A stretch of 64,000 nt of DNA. It comes from Waterburya sp. GTDB lineage: Bacteria; Cyanobacteriota; Cyanobacteriia; Cyanobacteriales; Xenococcaceae. A program made the position numbers and the translations under genes. Below the pieces are notes generated by a model that was not told the DNA's origin, searched no databases, and was given only the letters and a program-made list of their open reading frames with translations. Shown piece after piece: positions 1 to 10,098 of this stretch (positions are counted from its first letter, which is position 1; every line of letters begins with the position of its first letter). The stretch lies in assembly GCA_965217895.1 (NCBI GenBank), contig CBDCJV010000002.1:864001-928000 (forward strand). Direction: 5' to 3'.

Positions 1-821
1 ACCCTTGCTCCTTGTTGTTCTAATAAAGTGGTAAATTTACTCGATTGTGATGCAGCGCGAGTAACTAATACAGTCTTATTCACCAAAGGCAGAGAAGATA
101 GGGCAGGGAAATCTTGATTAAGTTTCACAACTTTTCCAATAACGATAACTGCGGGAGAAAGAGATACTCCAGTGGTTATTTCTACTATATCGGTTAAAGA
201 CCCCTGAAAAATTTCTTGTTGTAATCGTCCACAGTTACGAATAATAGCAATCGGTTCATCAGGCGATCGCCCATTGTCAATTAAATTCTTAATAATTTGG
301 CCGAGAGAACGTCCTCCCATTAAGATTACCAAGGTATCAATGCTAGCTAAAGCTGACCAATCTAGGATATTTGGCTCATGTCCGCTAACCACCGCAAAAC
401 AGCGACTTAGATCTTTATCTGTCAGCGGAATTCCTGCTAACAAGGGCGCAGCCAATACCGAAGAAATACCAGGAATAAATTCAAAGCTGCAAGCTGCTGT
501 TTTTAGTGCTGCAACTTCCTCGTTAGCGCGTCCAAAAATTAAGGGATCGCCACTTTTTAATCTGACTATTTGTTTACCCTGAAGACAATATTCTACCAAT
601 AGCTGATTAATTTTCGCTTGAGGAGTGCTGGCTTTTCCTCCTCGTTTACCAACGCTGATTTTAAGACAATTTTCAGGAGCTAAATTTAACAATGACTTAT
701 CTACTAAAGCATCATAAATTAATACATCAGCAACAGTAAGTAGTTTTTTAGCTTTAACAGTTAAATATTCTTCGTTACCTACTCCCGCACCGACTAAGTA
801 GACCTTACCGCCAGAAAACAT
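1..821 (-). CDS. cobA: Uroporphyrinogen-III C-methyltransferase / uroporphyrinogen-III synthase fusion (CobA-HemD), runs off the window start
   Basis: Manual translation from ATG at 821: MFSGGKVYLVGAGVGNEEYLT...YDALV...VGKRGG...RLKSGDPLIFGR...PGISS..., then LPLVNKTVLVTRAASQS (start of HemD domain). Absent from the ORF track because it has no stop in the window. Confidence 0.92.
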   Translation of the reverse strand, partial: MFSGGKVYLVGAGVGNEEYLTVKAKKLLTVADVLIYDALVDKSLLNLAPENCLKISVGKRGGKASTPQAKINQLLVEYCLQGKQIVRLKSGDPLIFGRANEEVAALKTAACSFEFIPGISSVLAAPLLAGIPLTDKDLSRCFAVVSGHEPNILDWSALASIDTLVILMGGRSLGQIIKNLIDNGRSPDEPIAIIRNCGRLQQEIFQGSLTDIVEITTGVSLSPAVIVIGKVVKLNQDFPALSSLPLVNKTVLVTRAASQSSKFTTLLEQQGAR

Positions 822-1109
822 AGACTGATCTTTACTTTGAAAGCATCCAAGTTTAAGATAACTCTATTTGCGATTATAAAATCAATAAAATAAAAATCGC
901 GATCGCGATCAAACAACATTACCGTTAGCTACAAAATTATGCTAATAGTTTTAAAAGCAGTAATTAAGTACGTTTATAGATCGCGTAGACGTGGGCGTAA
1001 ATAAGCTTACTAGGCGAAATGCTGCGAACAGCCTGTAAATTTATTCATTACCTATTACTTATTACCTATTACTTCCGCGTAGCAGTACTAGGCTATCACG
1101 ACAAAACAA

Positions 1110-1781
1110 ATGACCGAATCAACTATCGAGCATAACCATTTAGATTCTAAGCAAATATTAATCTCTCCTGATTTATTATCTTTACCAGATCGACTTCAGG
1201 TTGAATCTTTGCCTCTACAGTTAGGAATCATGGCTTCAGGTAGTGGAACGAATTTTGAAGCTATAGCTAAAGCGATCGCTGATGGTAAACTTAACGCAGA
1301 GATTCAAGTCTTAATTTACAATAACCCCCAAGCCAAAGTTAAAGAACGTGCAGAGAAATACAATATCCCTACGGTATTAATTGACCATCGACAATATCAA
1401 AAGCGAGAAAATCTCGATCACGAGATAGTTGCTGTGCTAAAAGCTTATGGTGCAAACTGGGTGGTCATGGCGGGATGGATGCGAATCATTACTCAGATTC
1501 TGCTTGATGGCTACCCCAATCGTGTAATCAATATTCATCCAAGTTTATTGCCTAGTTTTAAGGGTATTGGGGCAGTAGAACAGGCATTAGCTGCTAAGGT
1601 TAAAATTACGGGCTGTACCGTCCATTTAGTCAGTTTAGAAGTCGATAGTGGCGAAATAATCATGCAGGCTGCTGTACCTGTATTGCCTAGTGATAATTTT
1701 CAAACTCTGCACGCCAGAATACAGACACAAGAACATAATATCTTGCCCCAGGCGATCGCCCTAGCTGTATCAAAATTTTAA
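1110..1781 (+). CDS. purN: Phosphoribosylglycinamide formyltransferase
   Basis: MASGSGTNFEA, AGWMRI, NIHPSLLPSFKG, GCTVH, VDSGEII motifs. Confidence 0.95.
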   Translation: MTESTIEHNHLDSKQILISPDLLSLPDRLQVESLPLQLGIMASGSGTNFEAIAKAIADGKLNAEIQVLIYNNPQAKVKERAEKYNIPTVLIDHRQYQKRENLDHEIVAVLKAYGANWVVMAGWMRIITQILLDGYPNRVINIHPSLLPSFKGIGAVEQALAAKVKITGCTVHLVSLEVDSGEIIMQAAVPVLPSDNFQTLHARIQTQEHNILPQAIALAVSKF

Positions 1782-2117
1782 ACAACATATATTTAACCTA
1801 AATTCTATAAGCTTGATTTTATTAATTATCAATCAACCTCATTTTGCCTGTTAATAACTCCTGCATCATCCCCTGCTTGATGGCTTTGTATTTGTCTGGC
1901 TTTTGGCTTTTTTCTAAGCTTTCTATCTCTGTATCTACATTGCTTAACATAGAGTGCGATCGCGCTAGATTATTATTAAACCTCTAGCTTAGTTAAATAA
2001 AAGTATAGAAACTGCAATTTATCCTATTGATATTATTATTATTACTATTATTATCCACAAAAAATTATTTATAGTTCTTATAGCAACTATGAACTAATAT
2101 TTACTAATATTTTTTCC

Positions 2118-3323
2118 ATGAGTTTATGTATAAACCTCCAATGCAAAAAAGCAAAAAACTCTGATACACTACTTTTTTGTGAAAGCTGTGGTTCAGAACT
2201 TTTAATAGATGGGCGATATCGAGTACAGCGGCTACTAGGACAAGGAGGATTTGGTTTTACTTATGAAGTATTAGACCTCAATTCTAGACCAAAAGTACTA
2301 AAAGTATTGATGGACAATCATCCTAAATATGTAGAGCTATTTCAACAAGAAGCTCGCGTATTAGAAATCATGAATCATCCTGGTATTCCCAAACTTGATT
2401 TAGATGGTTACTTCACTTACTATCCCCAAAGTTGTCAAGAGCCTTTGCACTGTATTGTGATGGAAAAGATTGAAGGCTTAGATTTAGAAGAATACCTTGA
2501 TAAAAGAGGCAACAAACCAATATCTTGTAAACGGGCTTTACGTTGGTTAGCTGAACTAAGCTTAATTCTAGAACAGGTACACAATTTAGATTTTTTTCAT
2601 CGTGATATTAAGCCTAGTAATATCATGTTACAAGCGAATGGTTGTCTAGTTTTAATCGATTTTGGCACAGCGAGGCAGCTTTCTAACAGTTATATTCAAA
2701 AATTCTCGGCAGGTAAAATTACTGGGGTAATATCTAGCGGATATACTCCTATAGAACAAATGAGAGGTAAAGCTGTTAAGCAATCAGATTTTTATGCTTT
2801 GGGAGGCACGATGATCTATCTTCTCACTGCCCTTAATCCTCTGACATTTTATAATGCTCATCGAGACAAAATAGAATGGTCTAAAGCCGTTGAAAATATT
2901 CCACCCGAACTGATTAATCTTATTGATTCGATGATGTCTTCTCTGCCTGCAAACAGACCAACGAGTGCTAGAGCTATTTTTCAAGAAATTGTTAAGATTG
3001 ATTCTAGTCTACAAAGCGTAGAAAACTACTGGTTGAAGCCATCAGGTATTGCATCTTTTGAGTCAGTTAAAGCTCGCAGTCAAACAGCTTTTTCCAATAA
3101 TAATTTGACACAACCAATTGAATCCTATCAACAAGTATCCTCTCAATTTATCGATCTCTGTTATCATAATTTAGCAGAGTTTATTGGACCGATGGCAACA
3201 ATTATTTGCAGCCAAACTTTAGCTGCTAATCCTTATTTATCGAATGAGGAGTTTGTTCAAGCCTTGGCAAAAAAAATTCCCAATGACCAAGATGCTAAAC
3301 AATTTAAACAACGTTTGCTGTAG
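2118..3323 (+). CDS. Hanks-type Ser/Thr protein kinase with N-terminal 4-Cys prefix and small C-terminal helical domain
   Basis: CINLQC...CESCG prefix, LGQGGFG, HRDIKPSN, DFG, GYTPIEQ, SDFYALG; C-terminal LAEFIGPMATII segment. Confidence 0.92.
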   Translation: MSLCINLQCKKAKNSDTLLFCESCGSELLIDGRYRVQRLLGQGGFGFTYEVLDLNSRPKVLKVLMDNHPKYVELFQQEARVLEIMNHPGIPKLDLDGYFTYYPQSCQEPLHCIVMEKIEGLDLEEYLDKRGNKPISCKRALRWLAELSLILEQVHNLDFFHRDIKPSNIMLQANGCLVLIDFGTARQLSNSYIQKFSAGKITGVISSGYTPIEQMRGKAVKQSDFYALGGTMIYLLTALNPLTFYNAHRDKIEWSKAVENIPPELINLIDSMMSSLPANRPTSARAIFQEIVKIDSSLQSVENYWLKPSGIASFESVKARSQTAFSNNNLTQPIESYQQVSSQFIDLCYHNLAEFIGPMATIICSQTLAANPYLSNEEFVQALAKKIPNDQDAKQFKQRLL

Positions 3324-3442
3324 ATAAACTATTGTAGTTTAATACTAAATCCTGTTGGCGTAGGTTACTTATATTGTTAAGTAGTAAGTAGTATAATTCT
3401 GACTACAAACCACAAACTTAATGTTTAAGATATACATTTAAT

Positions 3443-4396
3443 TTATTTTGGTGATTGATTTTCAATCATTTCCATTGCCATTTTCAGACTCACCTTGAGA
3501 CGATTTAAAGAACGAGCTAAAATGCCAATTTCATCGTTACTTTTATGTTTAAACTCAACGCTAAAATCTCCAGTACTTAGATTTTTAGACTGGGAGGACA
3601 TCTTATTAATCGGGTCGGTAATAGTAAATTTAAGAAATATATTTAATAAGATGATTCCTAACACCAAAAAGATAGACACTCTGCCAAGAACTAGCCAGCG
3701 TAAATTTTGGGCTTGTTTTACTACTTGACTTGCAGGAACAGAAATAATCTGCGCTCCTACAATTTCATTCATTTTCCAGCCAAAACCATTATCTGTGCCA
3801 TAGGTAGCAATCTGGCTAGCAGGAGCATTTTTAGGGATACTATGACATCTTAAGCAACTCTCTTGCTTAATTGCCAAAGGACGAGCTATGTAAAACAATT
3901 CCCCTCCTGGTATGGTATGAAAACCATGCTGCTGCAAATCTACCATTTTCAGACCGGCAGAATTAGAGTTGTCTCGAAAAGACTCTATAATTTTAGTTTC
4001 AAACTTGTCTGCTTTATCTCTTAAATTGGTGGGGTTAAGAGTAGCTTCTTTGTAAAAAAACTGGCTGTATTCTTCATTGCTTCTAAAGTTTTCAAAAACT
4101 TCTCGCGCTGAGTAAGCAGGTACAGTTTGGGGTATAAAAAACTTTTCTGTTTCTAGTCTTGACGCTAATTCGGGATTAACCTGAGTGCTAGTATATTGAC
4201 GTACAGAGTTCATAGTTTCGATTAGCAACGATGCTCGGTCAGTAACAATCTGTTCTGCATAGTTTTGCAATATATTAGATAATATCAAGCTGATAGTTAA
4301 GGTTAAAACTAAAAGAATTATGCCTAAAAGAAGATTTAGCTTTGTACCCAAATTAATATTTCTAAACATAGAGAGTTTTACTTCAAAATGAAGCAA
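3443..4396 (-). CDS. Membrane sensor: c-type heme (DUF3365/Tll0287-like) periplasmic domain + HAMP, no output domain
   Basis: Two TM segments, YKEATLNPTN motif, CLRCH heme-binding motif, C-terminal HAMP (DEIGILARSLNRL). Start may be the second Met (MFRN). Confidence 0.85.
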   Translation of the reverse strand: MLHFEVKLSMFRNINLGTKLNLLLGIILLVLTLTISLILSNILQNYAEQIVTDRASLLIETMNSVRQYTSTQVNPELASRLETEKFFIPQTVPAYSAREVFENFRSNEEYSQFFYKEATLNPTNLRDKADKFETKIIESFRDNSNSAGLKMVDLQQHGFHTIPGGELFYIARPLAIKQESCLRCHSIPKNAPASQIATYGTDNGFGWKMNEIVGAQIISVPASQVVKQAQNLRWLVLGRVSIFLVLGIILLNIFLKFTITDPINKMSSQSKNLSTGDFSVEFKHKSNDEIGILARSLNRLKVSLKMAMEMIENQSPK

Positions 4397-4633
4397 ATAA
4401 TATTATTTTAAATCCACAATTCTAAATGTATTAACTAGAACTTCAACAATACATTAGAAATCAAAGCTCATTTTCTTAGCGATTAATAAGTTTAATAAAT
4501 AATAGTAAACTCGGCGTTACCAACTTTACTATAAAGTCGTATGTTTACTTGTAATAAAAATAACTTGATTTGTTGACTGCAAATATTAAATATTTTTAAA
4601 GACTTTTAGCTGAAATTATCGGAATAAATAACT

Positions 4634-5506
4634 ATGAGGCTGCATCGTTTATTGATAATAATACTTATTTTTGGCACAATAACAGCCTGCAATCAAGTAG
4701 AATCAGGGGTATCTCAACAATTAGCTGTAGGTGTGGTAGGTTATGGAGAAGGCGATCGCTCTTTAGATCGATACTCCGACTTACAAAACTATTTAGGTAT
4801 TCAACTAAAAAGCATTATAGAATTAGAGCCAGTTTATAATGAAATTCAAGCTTTAGATAAACTTGCCAAGCAAGAATGGGATTTAGCTTTTACTCCTCCA
4901 GGTTTAACGGCGATCGCAATTCAGCGACATCAATATAAGGCGATAATTCCCCTAGAAGGGGTTGAAGAACTACGCTCGGCAATCGTCGTTAATCAAGACA
5001 GTAGTTTGCAGAACATCAAAGATCTTACAGGTAAAACTATTGCTTTAGGACAGGAAGGTTCAGCAACTAGTTATTATTTGCCTATCTACAATCTTTATGG
5101 TTTGGCTTTAAAAAAAGTGCGTTTTGCTTCTACTCCCCAAATTAGCTTAGAATGGCTCGAACAAAGACAAGTTGATGCTGCTGCTTTATCTTTGCAAGAA
5201 TTTAATCAATATCGCCCAAATTTCCCACAAAAGCAATTTCGCATTATTGATGTTGATACTCACACTATTCCATCTGGTGCAATTATCATTGCTGACAAAA
5301 TCAAGCCAAAGCAAGCTCAAGTAATCCAAAATGTTTTGGCTCAAGCCCCCTCTAATGTTGCTGCTTCTGCAAATTTCTTACCTAACGAACCCGTTCCTCA
5401 GTATGAATATTTAATCAAGGTAATTGAAAGGGTGATACCCATTAGCAAAAGAATCAAAGAGCAGCCAGCTTTATTTTATGACTCCCACAAAAGTTTGGCT
5501 AAGTGA
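4634..5506 (+). CDS. PhnD-like phosphate/phosphite/phosphonate substrate-binding lipoprotein
   Basis: Lipobox-like ITAC, DLTGKTIALGQEGSATSYYLP, VDAAALS. Confidence 0.8.
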   Translation: MRLHRLLIIILIFGTITACNQVESGVSQQLAVGVVGYGEGDRSLDRYSDLQNYLGIQLKSIIELEPVYNEIQALDKLAKQEWDLAFTPPGLTAIAIQRHQYKAIIPLEGVEELRSAIVVNQDSSLQNIKDLTGKTIALGQEGSATSYYLPIYNLYGLALKKVRFASTPQISLEWLEQRQVDAAALSLQEFNQYRPNFPQKQFRIIDVDTHTIPSGAIIIADKIKPKQAQVIQNVLAQAPSNVAASANFLPNEPVPQYEYLIKVIERVIPISKRIKEQPALFYDSHKSLAK

Positions 5507-5694
5507 ACAGTTATAGCAACTATTTATTATGAAATTGCAGTCACCAAACAATAACTATAATTCTGGCTCATTAGTTATTTAAGTAGAATTGGCAAGTTAA
5601 AGATGAGACTGCTCAAATTTTAGATGATGCTATTGAGTTAATTAAAATTAGCATTGACAATACTAGAAAATATCTAATTTTAATATTTAATACT

Positions 5695-5931
5695 TTAGTA
5701 TTTGTTAAGGTTAATACCCGCTTCTTGCGCCATTGTGCCAATACCTTTTTTCTCTAAAGTTTTGATCGCTTTAGTAGATAAGCGCAATCTTACCCAGCGG
5801 TTACCTTCGGCCCACCAAACTCTTTTCCACTGCAAATTTACACCCTGCAATTTTTTGGTGCGACGATGAGAGTGTGAAACTGCCATTGCATTATTGGCTT
5901 TTTTCCCTGTTATCTGACATTTACGAGCCAT
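5695..5931 (-). CDS. rpmB: 50S ribosomal protein L28
   Basis: [34 protein letters not shown]. Confidence 0.97.
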   Translation of the reverse strand: MARKCQITGKKANNAMAVSHSHRRTKKLQGVNLQWKRVWWAEGNRWVRLRLSTKAIKTLEKKGIGTMAQEAGINLNKY

Positions 5932-6023
5932 AATTAGCCTCTGATTATATATTACAATCCATTATTATAGCCAAAGTTAGACTCAGACCCGAATTTTATT
6001 TTTGGGACTGTATTGTATCGATA

Positions 6024-6470
6024 ATGATAAACAATATTCAAGACTATTATCAAATAAGCGATCGCCAGGCAACTTCAGGACAGCCCACCAAGGAACAATT
6101 TGAGCTAATTGCTAAATCAAGATACCAAATCATAATTAATTTAGCCATGTCCACTTCGACCAATGCTCTAGCCAACGAAGGCGCAATTGTTACTGATTTG
6201 GGGATGGTTTATGTTCAGATTCCCGTAGTCTGGGAAAATCCTCAAATCAAAGATGTACAGCTTTTTTTCAAGACTATGCAATCTTTTGAGGAGAATCGAG
6301 TTTGGGTACACTGCGCCAAAAATATGCGAGTTTCCTGCTTTGTTTATCTCTGGCAAAAATATGTTCTGCAACTATCTGAAGCCGAAGCCAGACCTACCAT
6401 GGATCGAATTTGGCAACCCACAGGAGTTTGGCAAAAACTGATTGAGCAAGCCGAAATCAATTTTAGTTAA
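6024..6470 (+). CDS. Protein-tyrosine-phosphatase-like / DUF442-type protein
   Basis: TSGQP, IINLA, HCAKNMR (CX5R-like) motif. Confidence 0.8.
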   Translation: MINNIQDYYQISDRQATSGQPTKEQFELIAKSRYQIIINLAMSTSTNALANEGAIVTDLGMVYVQIPVVWENPQIKDVQLFFKTMQSFEENRVWVHCAKNMRVSCFVYLWQKYVLQLSEAEARPTMDRIWQPTGVWQKLIEQAEINFS

Positions 6471-6532
6471 ATATGCTGAATATCAATAAATTTTTCGTAT
6501 GGTAAACAGTTGTATCTCGTAAGCGAAAACCT

Positions 6533-7384
6533 ATGAATAAATCCGACCGAGCTTTATTTGATATTCCCAGGGAGATTGTCTATCTCAACTCTGCCAGTAT
6601 TGCTCCTAGACTTAAAGAAGTTTCTAAAGCTGGACATCAAGGCATCGATGTTTTTTCTAGCCCTTGGTCGATTACTCTTGACGATAGGTTTCGCAATCCA
6701 GAGATACTCCGTGAAGAATTTGCCCGTTTCATCAAAGTTGATGCCGACACTGTTGCCCTAGTTCCCTCTGCAAGCTATGGCATCGCGATCGCAGCCAAGA
6801 ACATTCCCCTAGAAGCAAATGCAAATATCGTCGTTCTCGAAGACCAATACCCTTCAAACATCTACGCTTGGAAAAGACGAGCCAACGAATCAAGAGCAAT
6901 CATACGGGTTGCTCAACGAGGGACAAATAATTCTCTGACTGAATCAGTGTTAAACCTCATTGATTCAAATACCGCCGTAGTTACAATTCCCAACTGCCAC
7001 TGGACGGATGGTGAACTGCTTGACCTTGTTGCTATTGGTGAAGCAGCTAGAACTGCGGGTGCTGCATTGGTTGTTGATGCTAGCCAATCTTTAGGGGCTT
7101 TGTCCATCAATTTTGATAGGGTTCGACCTGATTTTGTTGTTTCAGTTGGTCATAAGTGGCTACTGGGTTCTTATGGACTTGGATATTTATACGTTGACCA
7201 GAAATGGCATAGTTGCGGAATTCCCATAGAAGAATCTTCGCTTACCCGTCGGGGGAGCGAGGACTTCTCGCAACTAGCTAACTATGTCGATGAATACCGC
7301 CCAGGCGCACGCCGATTTGACTTTGGAGAGTTCACTCAATTTATTTCAATACCTATGGCTATAGCCGCTATTTCACAACTCATA
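6533..7384 (+). pseudogene. Class V PLP aminotransferase (cysteine desulfurase-like), C-terminally truncated at the IS630 insertion
   Basis: YLNSAS, DASQSLG, SVGHKWLLG motifs. After ...ISQLI the ORF reads into the IS terminal repeat. Removing the IS gives ATA TAA, so the native C-terminus is missing. Confidence 0.75.
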
Positions 7385-8541
7385 CTAAATCCGATTTATA
7401 AAGTATGTAAACAACAAGCGTTTTTTAGCCAATGATAGTTAGTCAATTTACGAACTTCATCTTTCATTTCACTGACTACACAACAACGCTCAACTAAAAT
7501 GTCCTCTATCTCATTGATAGTTTCAAAATATTGATTTACCAGAGGTTCATCTACTAACTGCCATAACCTTTCGGCTGGCTGTAACTCTGGAGAATAAGGA
7601 GGTAAAAAATCAATCTTTATTCCCTCTGGAATAATCGCTTTTTTGCTGTGATGCCATCCTGCATTATCTTCTATCAAAAGAATTTTTTTTGATTATTAAT
7701 TCCAGCATCAATAGCAAACTGTTGATAAACCAGATTCAGCCAATTTGTATTAACTCTGGGAATTAGATACCATAAAGTTTCTCCAGTTTTTGGCTTAACG
7801 AACCCATAAACATACAACCATTCGTATCGATGTTGTACTATTGCTTCTGGTCGATGACCAACTTTTGACCAAACCTTTTTTAGTATTGGTTTTAATCCTA
7901 CTCTATGCTCGTCGAAAAACCACAGTTCTACCTCCACATCTGGATTTTCTTGTTCAAGTTGCTTAAGTTTCAATGGCAAGTTACTTTTGAACATCTCTTG
8001 CTCTAATTTATTGGCTTTTTTATGTGTTGGTCTTGGACTTTGCCAAGAGTAACCGCACTTTTTTAAGTAGTCCCATCCTCTCTGATTCCCGACTTTTTCT
8101 CTGCCCGTTTCTTTTTCAATCCAGCGAGCTACCTTAGTTCCTGTCCAGATTCCTCCGTCTGGTAACTCTTTGGCGATCGCTTTTGTTAGTTTTTCTAATT
8201 GTGGTTGTGATAGTAACCTTTTTTTTCCTCTAACATGATTGCTGGTTTTATTTTGGCAATTTTTGACCCCTTCCTCTCCATAGAGGTTGTACCGACCGAG
8301 AATCTTTTGAGCATAAGAATAAGAACATCCCACAGCGAGCGCACTATTTTTAATCGTCCATCCCAAAGATATTTTCGCGATTCAGATGCCATCTTCTCAC
8401 TTCCACTGAGTTTTGACTCTTCAGATACTTTTCTTTTAGTTCAGAAGAACTAAAATGTTTTGCTAAATAAGCTGTTTTTGGCATTTAACATTTTTAAGTT
8501 ATTCCTCACTATTTTATACACACTTTGGTAATCGGATTTAG
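7385..8541 (-). mobile_element. IS630-family insertion sequence (decayed)
   Basis: Terminal inverted repeats CTAAATCCGATT / AATCGGATTTAG flanked by TA (7383-7384, 8542-8543); internal HTH + DDE transposase. Confidence 0.9.
7396..8484 (-). pseudogene. IS630 transposase, split into three frames
   Basis: MPKTAYLAKHF...RRWHL from 8484, frameshift near 8385 into GWTIKNSA...WFFDEHRVG, second shift at an A8 run near 7685 into IEDNAGWH...LPPYSPELQPAERLW. Confidence 0.85.
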
Positions 8542-9591
8542 TATAAGTCCCCTTTTCTATCTCGAAGAGATGAAAAGTCGCACAACGCGACTCAACGCTT
8601 CGCGTCTGCGACGCTCTGGGCGGTATCCCGCCCTGCATTAAAAGTAGTTTAAATCTACTTTTAATTAAGCTCTGAAGCTCATGACCCTGAAGCTCATAGC
8701 TACCGCGAAGCGGTTTTAATTATCCAAAAAGTAATTAAATAGTTTTTTGGAACTACTTAGCTGACAAAACTTGAGTAAAATGTGAACGCTTAGAAGATAG
8801 ATTCCACTAAGGAAAGGAATAAGTAGTGATGGAGCAATGTGCATATCGTCTGGTGTAATTTAATTATTGTGCATTCAGGTTCGAGCATTGCTGAACATAG
8901 CAGCAAAACTTTAGTAGTAAGAGTTTTTAGACCACTGTTTTTAGATCTCGATCGTAAACCAACAAGACCTGCATAAATCGCTTTGCGGGTTTTACTTCGC
9001 GATCGTAACCTTCAGTACTCAAGGCAAAAATAAGTTTTTGCGACCTAAAGTCGTTTGATTCGAGGTTTTTCCAGCGACCAAGAACTTTGTTCTTTTTTAC
9101 AGTTGCCTGTAGATGATAGCTAAAAGCTAACAGTTTCGTCATAAACGATTCCTATTAAAGCAATACTTGCAAAAAAATGCAACTAAATTTATCTTATGAA
9201 CAATATTGGACTTTGGTGAATCAAAATATATATAACTTAAATCATGATTTTGATATTTTGATAACTGAATATATGCCATAAATCTAATATAATCTTGTGG
9301 TTTTCAATACTGAAAAATAAAGTAAGGAAACGTCAACTATCATTAAAGATGAGCAGTTTACAAGCTAGCGAAAAGCTAGTTATATCTAGAGATAGATAAC
9401 AATTGTTAATTGCAACTAGTAAGTTATATAGACAAGCGATCGCTTTTTTTACCTATAAAATTACGAAAAGTAAATTATAAATTGTCTAAAAGATTTTTTA
9501 TGTATATTCATACTGCATATCTACATTATTTTTCGTGACCTGTAGCAAAATCAGCTTGCGAATAATAATTTTTGTTTAGGGAAAAAATAAA

Positions 9592-9981
9592 ATGGGTGGT
9601 TTGCCAACTCGTGGACAATTAGAGAGAAGAATATCCCAAGATATCCAAGCATTTTATCGTCGTTATCTCGGACATCAACCTTCTAAAGTAACTTGTCAAA
9701 TTTTTACTAATAAAATAACTTTGATTCTTGAAAATTCAATCACTAATGCTGAACTAGTTTTAATTGATGAAGGGAAAAATGAGCTAGCTAAAAAAGTTCG
9801 CCTCAATTTAAATGAGGCTATTCAACCAAAACTAAAAGAGTTGATTGAAGAAATAACCGCAGCTAAAGTTGCTGACATATTAAGTGCTGCTACTTTAGAC
9901 ACTGGTCGAACAGCAATTATTTGTATTTTAAGCGATACGCCCAAAGTTCGTAATTTAGACAGTATGTCTAAAATTAAATAG
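9592..9981 (+). CDS. DUF2294 domain protein
   Basis: PTRGQLERRISQ...LGHQPSKV...TLDTGRT pattern typical of cyanobacterial DUF2294. Confidence 0.8.
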   Translation: MGGLPTRGQLERRISQDIQAFYRRYLGHQPSKVTCQIFTNKITLILENSITNAELVLIDEGKNELAKKVRLNLNEAIQPKLKELIEEITAAKVADILSAATLDTGRTAIICILSDTPKVRNLDSMSKIK

Positions 9982-10098
9982 ACCTCCTGTATAAGTCTTC
10001 ACAACTCTGGCTGGGTTAAGTTAAAAGTCACAACTGACTCTCATAAGCTAAGTTTTTAAACTTTATTTGTCTATTTTCAAGACAGTTCTATTAGGCGA

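Noticed and set aside
274..582. 102-aa plus-strand ORF
   Set aside because: Antisense shadow of the cobA-hemD gene
8927..9142. 71-aa minus-strand ORF
   Set aside because: No recognisable motif; may be real or a relic but cannot be supported
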